Source of the DNA: Fimicolochytrium jonesii | Taxonomy: Eukaryota | NCBI RefSeq assembly: GCF_025526975.1 | Contig: NW_026515684.1 | Coordinates: forward strand, 248,001-312,000 | DNA: 64,000 nucleotides | Direction of reading: 5' to 3' | Shown here: positions 25,042 through 38,698 of the stretch, in pieces | Layout of the letters: the number at the start of each line of letters is the position of its first letter | How positions within the stretch are numbered: position 1 is the stretch's first letter | Notes under the pieces: generated by a model | Told to the model about the DNA's origin: nothing | Databases searched by the model: none | What the model saw: the letters and a program-made list of their open reading frames with translations, nothing else | Program-made: the position numbers and the translations under genes

Positions 25042-25981
25042 TACCTCCTTTTCGGAATGTGGCGACGGGGATGTGGGATGATGGATGGTGGGCGAGGTGC
25101 GGGTGGAATGTGCATGGTGGGAGATGCATTTTGTATCTCGTGGTTTAGAAAGCGGATGGGGAGAGATTACGGCGTTGCTCAAGCGGTAAAAAGGGACTTT
25201 GTCGGATCGTTAAGGGATGCGTCATCTCACGTCGAGCGGGTTCGCGATGGGTTCATGGGAGATGGAGGAAGTACATTTGTTGGATGGTGGGATGGAACAT
25301 TTTTGCAGAACAGGTGAAAATACAAAAAGAAAACGATGGCTGAGCTCAATTTTCTTTTGCGATATCTGGAATGCACAAGCTTGATGAATTTTCATGTGCA
25401 ACGAAGGCCGGACACCCGCAAGAGCGGAAGACTGGATGAGCAGCATTGTGAAGCTCCTGAGGAGATCGCCAGATCAATGGGAACTCAGAGTAAAACGAAC
25501 ACCGGACGACGAATGAGAGTAGTTGCGCGAAGAATGCTTTTCCGCTCCGTTTATACCAGAGGTAGGAAAGTTAGGAAACTGTAATATCGGCGTGCCCCAC
25601 ACGTTCATGCAAATGTACAGCAAACGGAAATCAAACGTAGAAAGTAAGAAAAGCCTCTCCATTATTCTCACGTCGGTGTCAAAAGACACCTTTACACAAA
25701 CAGGAAACACAAAAGATAGGTGGGATATAAGATTATACGGGAGGCCCATGTGGATACGGGTGAGGAATGATCTGATTTTCGTTGTTGCCAAAACATATTT
25801 TCCACACTACCCCTATCCTAGACGCCCCAAATCTCCCACATCTCTCCCCTCCTCCTTTCCGACAATGTTGGGCCGAGAATCCGTTTTGTGTGAAAACGCG
25901 GTGATGGGAGGGGTATAAAGCAAAAAGAAAACAAAAGCAAAAGGGGACCAAGACTACATGGGAGGGACGTTTGAGTTTCGC

Positions 25982-27019
25982 TCACGCCCTCTTGGCCGCT
26001 CGCGCAGCCCGAGCCTTGTCTGCTGCGCCGGTGTCCTTCTTGGGGACAGGTGCAGCCGCCTTCGGTGCAGCACGCTTCTTGGGGGCAGTGGCCTTCTTGG
26101 GAGCAGCGGCGGACTTCTTCACGGTCTTCTTGGTAGCAGACTTGGCGGCGGTGGTGGCCTTCTTGGCGGCAACTTTGCTACCTGTGCTCTTCTTGGCCGT
26201 GCCGGTGCTGCTCGTCCGCTTCTTTGTGCCAGAGGTAGCGGCTTTCTTCGGGGCGGCGGATGTGCTGGTCGCCTTTTTCGGTTTGGTGCTCGTGGTGGCT
26301 TTCTTGGCGCTCGCTCCGAGTTTGACGGGCCCGCTGGCGCCTTTGGGCTGGATGAGCTCGCCGCTTAGGACACCGGTCTTGATAGCCTGGTTGATGAAGC
26401 GGCCAGCGCTGTCGTTGAGTCCCTGGAAAGAGGAAGGAAGTACGAGTGTAAGTTATTGGGCCTATTGATTTCGTCCGAAAGCTCAGCAGTCATAGCTGCG
26501 CCGCACTTTGCTGTGCCCACGTCAACAGAGACATATAGACGACACTAGTTGCTCGACACCCAAAGAGGTAGCATAGAGCACTCAGGAAAGCCGCTTCCTC
26601 TCGAAGAAGAAGGTAGAAGACCAATAACGCGTCGAAATGTCCCCATGACGCGGACATCACGACCCGATGATCGACCGAGCAAAGCCATGGGGCCGACAAG
26701 ACTCACCTTATAGTTAGCGTCAATGTACTTCCTAATTTGCTGGCGGGTAGAGCCGTTTCGGTCCTTCTATGAGCATCGGTAGAGCAGCGTGGGAAAGGTA
26801 ATTGGTTGGAGGTAACGCGTAATTGCGGAGGTGAATCAAGGGAGGAGAAGGCAGATTTCGTCAGCAAAGAGCACCGCGGACACGATGAAACTGGAGAGCA
26901 GGACGTACCAGTTCAGCGATAGCGTGAACGACCATCTCTTTGAAGGAAGGGTGGATAGAAGCCTTCTTGGCGGTAGCGGCCTTGCGCGGTTTTTGAGCGG
27001 CGGGGGATGTGGGGGCCAT
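25982..27019 (-). CDS. Linker histone H1
   Basis: HPSFKEMVVHAIAEL|KDRNGSTRQQIRKYIDANY, QPKGASGPVKL globular domain and a K/A/P-rich tail. Three introns. Confidence 0.92.
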
Positions 27020-28153
27020 TTTTTCGTGTTTTGCTGGGGGGGTTGAGGGCGTGTTTTTTCGTGGCGAGGAGGGTGTACGATTGCGTAGGACCAGCGGCAA
27101 GAGGTGCGGTGGGAGAAGGCGGTGGAGGGATAGGGCGATGCCCAGAGGAGGCAGACGAGAGTCTGTAGTTGATGGAGATGGGGGGGGGGGGGGGGGTTGT
27201 CTGATCGGGGGCGTGTGAAGAAAAGTGGAGGGGGCGCGAACAGGGGGGTTGGGCGATTTTGATTAGGGGGAGGCTGCTTGCAAGGAACGGCGTTGCGATT
27301 AGAACGCTTTGACTCGGACGCGCTTTTGACCGTCACGTTTTTTTATCTCAAGGTCCCCACCCGGCGACCCTGCCTTTCGTTCTTTCAGAGATGCCGCACA
27401 ACAGCAATAACAATGCAGCCTTCTTGTTACTCTGATGGTGGGGTCTTCATTCCTCCATGGTGTGCAAGGACTGGTGAGCTTTGCCTACTCGGGAAACACA
27501 AGGGTCCATCGCAGTGAACCGCAAGTCGGAAACCGTGCCGGAATCTTTGCCATTACGGCGAGAAACCAAACTTTCGTCCCATCGTGTCGTCCTTCCTCCA
27601 ATGCTCTTGAGTATGGAATCCTCGGCAATGGTCTTCATACGTAACGTATGGTGCAAATAGTGCATCGGTAATCAACTGCGTCTACTGATGCGCTCCCCGA
27701 TGGACCAGCCTCGCGGGATTTTCCGTGATGTGAAACGACGTGTTGCGATGCAGATAGGTGATGTTTTATGATGTACATGGTCTCTGGCGGTCGATCTCCG
27801 ATTTGAGTAACAGCGCAGGATTATGGGGTCTCCAGTGCTCGACGGCGCCGCTCGGAACAAATCGCCGCACGATGGACCAGAGAGGGAAGGGCGCCGGCTT
27901 GATTCCGCCAGGTTGAGTTGCATATACGTTGTTTACCAGGTCTGCTGCCCTCGGCTTCCGGACATTTTAGGATGATAGATGTTCAGAACATCGGAAGGAT
28001 CGTATCCTGTTAGCATTTCTGCCAGGTGAACGTCAGGGTTGGCCAGCAATAGTTTCGGACTTGGTTGGCTATACAAATCTGTCAATGACATAAATTTCGA
28101 CAGCGTGTCCGCTTGTCAATCCCAGCTCCGCCCCCCAGACTCACTGCAAAGGA

Positions 28154-30921
28154 ATGTCGTCGTCGCAGCCATACTTTGCGAACAGCTCCGGAAGACCAGG
28201 AGAGAACGACATTAGCCCCGAGAGGCTTTATGCATTTCCTAGTTGTCGTATGTCAATATACTCCATTTTCAATCACATCCTGGTGAAGGAAAGAAAGCAC
28301 ATAAACCCACATCAGGTCTCGTCACCGAGCACTAAAATATCCGTAAGCTTAATCTGTGCACTCCTCAAGGAAGGAAGAGACCATCCAGAAAGGATACATC
28401 TCTTCGGAGGATTTCCTTCTTATTCGCTTTCCCTCTTTCTCCTAATCCATACCTGCCTTCTATACCCGTCTGGGCTTAGATGGCTTACACATGTTGCCCT
28501 GCGGAAGTCTCATACCATGTGGTTGACTCTGATGAGGAAGAAATCTTGTTATAGGCGGAGCTTGAACTTATTGGTGAACTTATGGGCCAGTTCTTGAAAC
28601 TCGGCCAATTCTTGCTTGCTTTGGCGCACCCAACTCGAAAACATACCTATTTAGAGTACGGAGCTCTTCAAGACGCCACAATCGCCTGAAAGCCCCATTC
28701 GCGGACACAGAGAGCGCCGTATACCCACATAAACAGGGACTGAAAGGAACCCAACCAATCATGTCTCACCCAGCCGACCGGCCAATACCGGGTGAGCCCG
28801 CATACCGGGCCTCTCCGACGCCCCCGCTGCTGCTGCCCAGTTCGCATGTGGAGTTTGACAAGATGCCGTCGAGTGATTCTATATCGTACCGCGCTGATGA
28901 GGAGGATAACGACGACGACGGGGATAGTGAGATTGAGGATAACGAGGATCACGGCGAGGACGGGAATACGGAGTTATCGAACCGAACGACGCATGGGGAA
29001 GACGCTCTCAATATCCCATCCCAATCGTCGCGAGCTGCAAGCGCAGAGGTGCGCTTCTCACTCGAACAAAGGCTACTCGGCCGACAACAGCAACAGGAAC
29101 TCGAACAAACAGCAGTCGTCCAACAAGCAGTCAGGAAACTGTCCAAGATGGCAGCAAGCGGAAGCATTGGTGACATGAAAGCCGCCGACATGGCAGAGCA
29201 AACCGAAACCCCAACCGCCGACCCCATCATCGCAGTAGAAGGCAAAAACGCCTTTGCCCCCTCCGCCATGGACGCCCTCCTCGACCGCGAAGAAACCGCC
29301 TCCTCGGGTTCCGAATCTGTCTGGGACGGCCACCCCACCGACTCGGATGGCGATCTCTCTCATGAACCCTCCCGAGTAAGCTCACGGACAGCCAGTGCTG
29401 CCTCCGCCCGGCCGGGATCGTCACGGAGGAAGAAACCCCGTCCGACGCATACACGGCTGCTTGCACATGTGGGGAGTCAAAGGGGAATGCAGCTCACGTC
29501 GCGGGATGGGGAGGAGTCGGATCACACCGTTGACCCGCGACGGATCGTACGGCCGCGGAGACCCGGTCCGCCGTCGTCGTCGACGAGCTCGTCTCAGCCT
29601 GCGACGGCATCACAGAGCCCGAAATCCGTGTCAGTTGCTACACTCCACCCGTCAACCGCCGACGTGCCTGAAAAGGCGGAATCTACCCAGAACGGCCGCA
29701 CACCGTTAAGGACGAGCACGAAAGGGAATGATGGAAAACGGCCTCCTACCGTCGCCGCGAGGACGAAGAAGTGGTGGAAAGATGGCGCGATGATTTGTTG
29801 TCCGGTGTCGCAGCCGGTGCAGCCGAGTTATTTGGGGATGGATGTGAAGAGGTATCCGGTGTTGGATTACGTGCGGCCGTTTTTGGTGGAAGGTGAGGGG
29901 TTGAGATGTCTTTTGGGATGCTCTTGGAAACGTACTGAATGCTGAGTATATGCCTGATATTACATGACAGAGCGGACGAAGAAGGAACGACAGTTCCAGA
30001 TGTCGATGCTGGCGAGAGCGACCAACCCGTGGTCTGAAGTTAGCGGACGGGAGCTGCTGGCTACGTTCATGAACGGATCGTCACATCATAAGAAAGCAGA
30101 GGTGAGAGCAGAACGCAGACGATTTTCACTTGTACGGAATTTCTAACATTTATGAACTCATTCTTCGTAAACTACAGCCAACACCGATCCCTACACACCC
30201 ATACCTCCGCATACCCACCCGCACTCCCACCACCAGCAAAACGCATCCCCAACACACCGCCCGCCCCACATCCGCCACCACCCCAAGCCGCCCCAGCACA
30301 GCTGCCCCCAATCGCACCAAACCCACCTCCCCCTACGCCTCCACCACCCTCCACCGCCCAAACCAAGCAACCCTAGCCCCCGCCCCGTCCTTAACAAACC
30401 ACCGTCTCCGTGGCCCACTCCCCAGCACACGCCCACAATACAAACTTGGCTACGTGCCGACGATGCGGTTCAGGCCGAAAGTGAAGAAGGCGGATCCGGG
30501 ATTGTGGGAGCGGTTGAGTACGCCGAAAACGGTTGTTGTGAGGAGGGAGGGCGGAGGGAGGAGTGAGCGGATGGGGTCGAATGGGAAAACGGTGGTTTCA
30601 CCAGGTGTTGGGGGCCCAATGTCAGCCAAAGCATCCCGAACGCCGTCCAAATCCTCCCTCGCACCGCCTCCCCTTACGGCCGACGTCAGTCTCGAACCGG
30701 GCACCAACCACGCATCGGGCTCACCAGCAGCAGAAGCAGAAACCCAAGACGCCTTCTCACCCCGCCCGTCCCGCACCTCCTCCTCCGCGCGGCCACCCAA
30801 AACCTCTGTCTTAAAAGGCAAATACTCGCAGGAAATAGAACATCGCGAGTCCAATCTGGCGACTGTGGAGGATGGGAGCTTTGATGCTTTGAGGGGGATG
30901 GTTTTGACGGAGGCTGGGTAG
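28154..30921 (+). CDS. Hypothetical low-complexity/disordered protein; 5' end uncertain
   Basis: ORFs 28761-29945, 29964-30146 and 30130-30921 linked by GT-AG introns. No recognisable domain. Confidence 0.55.
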
Positions 30922-31626
30922 ATCGTTCTGGGTTGACGGGAGGATATTGTGTAGGGGAAGGGAGAGGAAGAAGAGAATGGGCATAATGGGAGATAGGCAG
31001 CGTAGGATGGGGATACGAGGGTAGCATCTTGTAACATAGACATGATATCCATAGAGGATGATGCTTGGAGAATGATCCCTTAGTGAGTTCACATGCGGAA
31101 TGTCTTCAGACCCATTCGTATTCATTTTCATCAAGATGTAGCCTACAAACGCTTTCGGAAGCCCCAAGCCTGCAACGAATTGACAGGGAAACGTAAGCAG
31201 AAGGAACTGTCAAACGAGGCTTTCTGCGCAGCACCTCCTAATTGAACCTTCTCACTTTGCTCACGTAATCAATGGCCACTGGCAGCCGCGTCCTGAGGTT
31301 ATTTACGGTCACTCTCCATTAACCTTAACCCGGTTTCTCCAGAAAAAAGCGACAACAATACTAGCACTAAGCACGTAGGGAAAAAGAGGCGCATCTTATC
31401 CATTTTACGCCTCAAGCTAGCGCTCCCATGGGTGTGTAGAGCAGCGAACGAAAGGGCGCATATCCTCCCGTTCCTTCTCCCGTCTTGTGCTGTTTCTTCT
31501 CTTTTTCTCTACAACACACCCCGTAACGCACAGCATATTGCATACCTCCATACGAACCTTTGCATACCTTGTATGCAATCTATATCGGTCTTCAAGTCTT
31601 ATCTTATAGAATCACACTCAGGCACA

Positions 31627-33386
31627 ATGGCAGAGTCTGCAGCTGTATCACGGCCCGTCGACGAGTATGGTTTTTTCATCAAGGAAGGGAACGCCGCGAA
31701 CCCTAGTATCCACCGCCGCAAGTCCTCTTTTAAGTGAGTCTGCTGCAGGGTTGATGCACTGATGCCCGGGCGCCATGTGAGCTTCCGAGGCTCACATCCT
31801 CCTCTGCTGTTCATCTCCAACAGCCGAGGCAAGATGAACGTTCCTGCGAAAGAGTCGGCGTGGTTGGCCATGCTCGCCAAATGGGAGAAGGGCCATAAGA
31901 AAAAGGAAAAGAAAGTACGTATTCACCACATCTCCTTCATCCAAGATCAAAGAGCAAACCAGTTTCCTGACACATGCATTCCTCGTCGTTCCCAGATAAA
32001 GAAGTTGGCCAGGCAAGGAGTACCAGAGTCCATACGCGCACAAGTGTGGTCTGCGACTGCTGGCGTTGACAGATTTAGGAAGCCGGGAGTGTGGGAGGTA
32101 AGTTCGTCTTGACGTTCTCGTCGGTGGCTGGTTTCCAAGAGGGCCCTAACATGCGTTGTCGTGGCTGTAGGCTTGTCTTGAGAAGACCGATGAGACAATC
32201 TTCGAGGTCATTGAGCGGGATATTGGGCGCTGCTTCCCAGGTAAGTCGTCCTAGCATAAGACCCCGATCTTTTGAATACGAAGAATCCTAGTACTCATAT
32301 GCATCGTCATCTCATCCCTTCCACAGAGCACCAAATGTTTGCCGACCCACAAGGCGCTGGGTACATACCTTCATCCTCCGATGTCGTTCCCTATGCACAC
32401 TTCACTCACAAAAGGCTACCTCTTCACCTTTCCTTCACAGACAGGAGAATCTGCGTCGGGTGCTTCGCGCCTTTGCGGTTTACAAGCCTGAGGTCGGGTA
32501 TTGCCAGGGGATGGGAATGATAGCGGGAATGATGTTGATGCACATGCCGGCGGAGGTATGTCTTGTCTCATCGCAACACCTTCCCACGTTTCTCGCGTGC
32601 TCATCACCCTCGTTCTCCTCTTTCTTTTTGACACAGGATGCGTTTTGGTTACTCGTGACGACGCTCGAGACTACGTTCAAGGACACGTACACACCAGAGC
32701 TACTGCAGCTCCGCAGAGACGCCGCAGTGTTCGAAGCTTTGTTGGACAAAAAACTGCGGCCCGTAGCTAGGCACATGGTAAAGCTTCCGAAACTCCATCC
32801 GTTGTACTCGAGGGCTTCATCGCTAACGACGCGACGTCCTATGTACACAGGCAAAGCAAGATGTGACTCCTTTGATGTATATAACACAGTGGTTCATGAC
32901 GGCCTTCACGACAACAGCCCCGTGGGAAACCACGTTGAGGATATGGGATATGATGTTTTGCGAGGGTACGTATGAGTTTGTGGCCTGCCTTTACTTCATC
33001 CAAGAATGGCTGCTTATACTGCAAGTATGTTTAGGGATAAAACCACTGTTCCGAGCGGGCCTGGCGATAATCAAGATAAACAAAGGTATGTGGTCGCTTT
33101 CATCGCTCCCAACGTCTCGGCTCATGTCCCATCTTCGAATACACTCGTTTAACAATCCTTCTCTCTTCACGACTCAGAACAACTGCTGAAGGAATGTCCC
33201 ACAAACGCAGAAACCATTGACCTTCTGTTACACGTCCCACGCGCGAACCTACAAGCCGACGACCTAGTCGCGGAATCCCTCAACATAAAAATCAAGACAA
33301 AAGACATCAATAAGCTCCGAGCAAGAGTTGCGGCCCTCGACACCCCTGACAAGGGTGCTCCAACACTCCTCAAAAAGCGCCGGTAG
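31627..33386 (+). CDS. TBC-domain Rab GTPase-activating protein (TBC1D10/EVI5-like)
   Basis: VDEYGF, ARQGVPESIRAQVW, IERDIGRCFP, GYCQGMGMIAG, YITQWFMT and LRIWDMMFCEG. Confidence 0.9.
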
Positions 33387-33959
33387 CACATATATACAAA
33401 TCACATACGGGGGCCCGTGTTTTTCAACACGACTTTGGCGGCCCCCCCACCTTCAACGACTCGCACATATCGGATTCTCTGTTCCCTTTCCCATCCCGCC
33501 TTCACCCACCGGCTTGCCGAATCCGCCCAAACATCAACATCACCCACCCTCCGCAACATCCCCCCAAATCCAGCTCGTCGGTAGCATCTACCTCCCGCTC
33601 GACATCCTCTCATCTTCGTCTCCTCGCCGCCGAAGATCTCGTCGTTTGAGATACCGTGTTCTTTGCTTGGTTTTTGGGTTTCGCTACAACCCTCTCGTGT
33701 GGGATATAGACAAACAGTGCGATGGGGTTTTCTTGTTTTTTTTTTTTGCTTTGCATGTAATTTGGGTTGTGGAATACATTTCGCGACGGATGTCGATCCT
33801 TTCTTTCCTTATGGGCTATCCAGCGCTGCTTGTTCTTTCTAAAGATAGAAACGATGCTCGGATATGTGTGAGGGAGGGTGAACACCCTTAGGTGCCAGGA
33901 TATTTTCACGGGCCAATCCAGCGGAGGAGGGAGGTAAAACAAACGGCGGGCCTTTCAGA

Positions 33960-34833
<874 letters not shown>

Positions 34834-35195
34834 TGCTGGGCTGCGCCTTTGGGTGCTGAGGGTTAGCACGAGGACAACCGCCGAGTGCTCTTAACACAGG
34901 GTACTCACTTACCCAGGGGAGGCCGCGGCTGTAGATCAGCTGTAGATGTCGCGACCTCGCTCTCAGGCGGATGTCGCTGCACGCACGAAACGCATCCCAA
35001 AGTGCTCGTTCCTTCGCCGCCTTTGTGACGCGCGTTTGCGGAGCTCTGGAGAGATGATGGAGATGATGGAGCTCGTTTCCTATTCCTTTCTTCGCTCTTT
35101 TCCCACCATCCTTTTTCTCGCCCAGCGGGGACTAGTAGCTACCGATCCTCCCCCATATTTACACTCCCATATCTTTATCCCCTCGCGGTCGCATC

Positions 35196-36606
35196 ATGGC
35201 ACAAGTATCCGTCCCTCCACCAGCCCCACATGCACACCTCGCAGGCCCCGTCCAATCAACCCCGCCCTCCGGCCCACAGCAGCAACCCACAGGCCCAACC
35301 TGCAAAGTCTGCCGCGAACTCATCACAGGCTCGCACATCAACGCGAACGATAGTCGCTATCACAATGCCTGTTTTGTGTGCCATCAATGCCTGGAGCCCT
35401 TTCCCGAGAACATCTTCTTCGAGACGGAGGGCAGGTTCTATTGTGAGTTTGACTATACCGTGCTGCATGGGTATGTAAAACCATCCCACCCTTTGGGCAA
35501 GCGGGGTACCCCCACCGCCGCCCCCACTCATCATGCCATTCACCCCCACCCACACCCATACATTGTCTCTTATTTCGTTTCGCAGAGCCCGCTGCGGCCG
35601 CTGCGGCGAAATCATCCGTGGTAAATGCATAACGGCCATGGACATGAAATGGCACCCGGATCACTTCACCTGCGTGACGTGCGGCAAATCCCTCGCTGGG
35701 TCCACCTTTGTCAAGAAAAAGTCCAAACCCTACTGCAAGCCCTGCGTCGAGCGGCTCAAAGTCAAGGAAAAGGCCGTGGAGCTGTGCGACAGATGCAAGA
35801 AACCCGTCAACGAAGCGCTGAACGAGAGCTTGATTGTGATCAACAATAAGAAGTTTCATGCCCATCATTTCAATTGTAGTCTGTGTAAGCTGGTGCTGGG
35901 GCAGGATGCGAAGATGTATGAGGGGAAATTGTACTGCGCGATCTGTTTGGACAAGATGACGTTGAGGATTTGCCAGGCTTGTCGGAGGCCGATTGTGGGG
36001 AGGAGTGTTACGGCACTCTCTAAGTATTTCCATCCTGAGGTGGGTGGGTGTGTCCGTTTTCTCTTCCTTGGGGGTCGGGGTCGGGGGTCTGTATGCCACC
36101 CATGATTTGGATCGCTCACCCCTCTCATTTCATTCCGCTTGTTAGCACTTTGTATGCGCGAAATGCGAAAAACCCTTCAACGCCTCCCAATACTGGGACT
36201 ACAAGGGCAAACCCTACTGCGAAGGGCACTACCACGAACTCATGGGTGACGTCTGCGCAATGTGCCATGAACCTGCTATAGGCAAGAGTAAGTCTCTCTT
36301 CCCCCCCCCCCCCCCCCCTCCCCGTGTCCCCATCACCCTCACCGCGTTTAACCCCCGCGATGCATCGCAGCAATAACAGCAATGGGTCGCAAATTCTGCC
36401 AAACACACTTCAATTGCATCGGCTGCCACCTCCCGCTCATGACGTCCAAGCACGGGTTCATCGACTGGGACTACAAGCCGATGTGCAGGAGGTGCTTTGA
36501 CGTGCTGCCGGCAGAGCTGAGGAGGAAGATGGGGAAGATGCAGGAGAGGGAGAAGAAAGTTTTGGAGAGGGAGAAGGCGTTGGCGGGTGCGGGTGTGGGG
36601 AAGTGA
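35196..36606 (+). CDS. Five-LIM-domain PINCH (LIMS)-like adaptor
   Basis: Five tandem LIM domains and no LD motifs. LIM1 [28 protein letters not shown]-terminus [21 protein letters not shown] resembles the PINCH C-terminus. Confidence 0.85.
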
Positions 36607-37177
36607 TGTGGAGATCTTTGGAGCGCAGGGGAAAGGACAATTTCTTGGGACGTGTGCTCCATCTGTACATCTCTTTGCAACCCTGTTATGCCTTTTTCAT
36701 CATTAACTGCGCTGCGATCTATTACATGCGACGGGATGTCTATCAATATATCGTGCGGGGATAAATTACTGTATGTTTCGGAGAGCAGCCTGCCTAACGT
36801 GCGCTTGGTCGCAGAACGATCGTATTGTGCGCGAGATCGGAAGTAGCCGACTGAGGTCAGAACCGTCGCTGGTGTATTGTAGGTTGTGTCGGCTGTGCGG
36901 TGATGCACCGACGCTATATGCATTAGATTTAAGAGAAAGGAAAACTATTTCGGTCACAACGACGTCATCCATCGCCCCACACATCACTCCACTCTCATGA
37001 AGTCATGCATACTTCTCGGAAGAAAGGTCGGAAGAAACGCCATGTACTGTATATAATGTAGTGATGTCCCTGGCCATGCCATCTTGACAGCTCGACGATC
37101 TTCCCAATCAAAAGCCTGCCAATCCCCAATACACCCCAAAGCGTACCGCACATCCTTCTTGCATCTGACAACCCGAA

Positions 37178-38345
37178 ATGGGAGACCAAGACCACTCCTG
37201 TTGCAGCAGCATCCCAAAACAAGTCATCTCCGGCGGCGACGGCGTCGTAAGTTCATGTACCCAAATCCGCTTCCCATATGAACAGACATTCCTGATGGTC
37301 CATTCCACCTTCTCTTCAGGTCCCAGGTGACCCAGTCTCTCTCGACACAAAAGTCCTCGGCCTGGGTGCCGCGGCTGTGCAGAATTTCAAACCGTTGAAG
37401 CAGATCTGTCGCCATATTGTTGGGTACCACTGCTATAGTCATGATATCAACCGGCAGGTGGAGGCGCATCATTTATGTTCGCATGTATGTTTTTGGCTGT
37501 TGATTTTGGGATTCGAGGCATGGAAAGGCCGCGATTGGAGATGCTGATGGGAGGAGAGCTAGGCGGCGAGATGAGGCAGGCATCGAAGTATTGATTTAGA
37601 CATCACAAACTCAAAGTGTCATTCCGCATCCCACAGCTCTCAGAAGACGTGTGCCAGTGCGTGATCTACGACTCCGCCGAAGCCGACGCAAGACTCATTG
37701 GCGTGGAGTACATCATCTCCGCTCGGCTCTACAATGACCTTCCGGAAGGTAGCTTTCCGTTAGATCATTACTGACCCTTGACTCACTGACTTCGATCGCA
37801 TCCCCGAGCAGAAGAGCGAGAATACTGGCATTCACATGTACGTCAATGCCACTGGTTCCGGGTCACGAGACATCATCGCCTCACTCACAATACCCCCAGG
37901 TCTATGAAGTAAAAGGCGGCATCATCAGCCTCCCCATGCTCTCCCTCATCCCGCGCTCAATGCACAAAGAAATCGAAAACCACGAACTCTCAAAGATCGT
38001 CAACACTTGGGGGAAGACATGGTAGTTACACCTCGCAATGCTCACCAGATTCCTATCTAACGACATCAACTAACCCCGTTCATCAGGCACCTCTGGCAGG
38101 TCGACCGCGGCGACATCCTCCCCTTCGGCCCGCCTTCTCTCATGACCTCCTTCACGCGCCCCGGCCAAATCGACCCAGAACTGCTCGAGGCGCGGGACGA
38201 ACGCGAGGGCGTGTCGACGGCGGATCTGATAGAAAGGAGGAAGGAGATTGCGGCGGATGCGCAGGCGGGGAATGCGCAGGAACGGTTGTATGGGGAGGGA
38301 GTGGCGCTGCAGGCGAGGGTGGAGCGGGTTACGTTGCAGAAGTGA
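37178..38345 (+). CDS. DUF1264 / oil-body-associated protein (OBAP)-like
   Basis: RQVEAHHLCSH, QCVIYDS, ARLIGVEYIIS, YWHSHVYEVKGG, TWGKTWHLWQVDRGDILPFGPP. Confidence 0.88.
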
Positions 38346-38698
38346 GTGAGGGGGTGTGGGCGGGGCCAGCTGGATGTGATATATTGTTTTTTTTTGGTTC
38401 GTGTGGATGGTGGTCTGCATGTATTGTTGATTTATACCTGGAGAAAGGCGAGACAAAGAGTTAAAATCCGAGTAAAGGGGAAGATTAGTGGGGCATGAAG
38501 CAATGCCAAAGAGAAGAACAGAATAGTTGTCTTGCCCCATACGACCAACGAGACTCGGGAAGAAGAAGAAGAGAAAGGTTGGGTCTTTTATTGGGACGCG
38601 TGGAAACTTGGAACGCGTTGGAAGTGGCAACGAGTCCGAAACGAGTCCGAAAGGCGTCCGAAAGTCCCGCATGTGGGGGGGCAGCCTTCCAAACTCAA

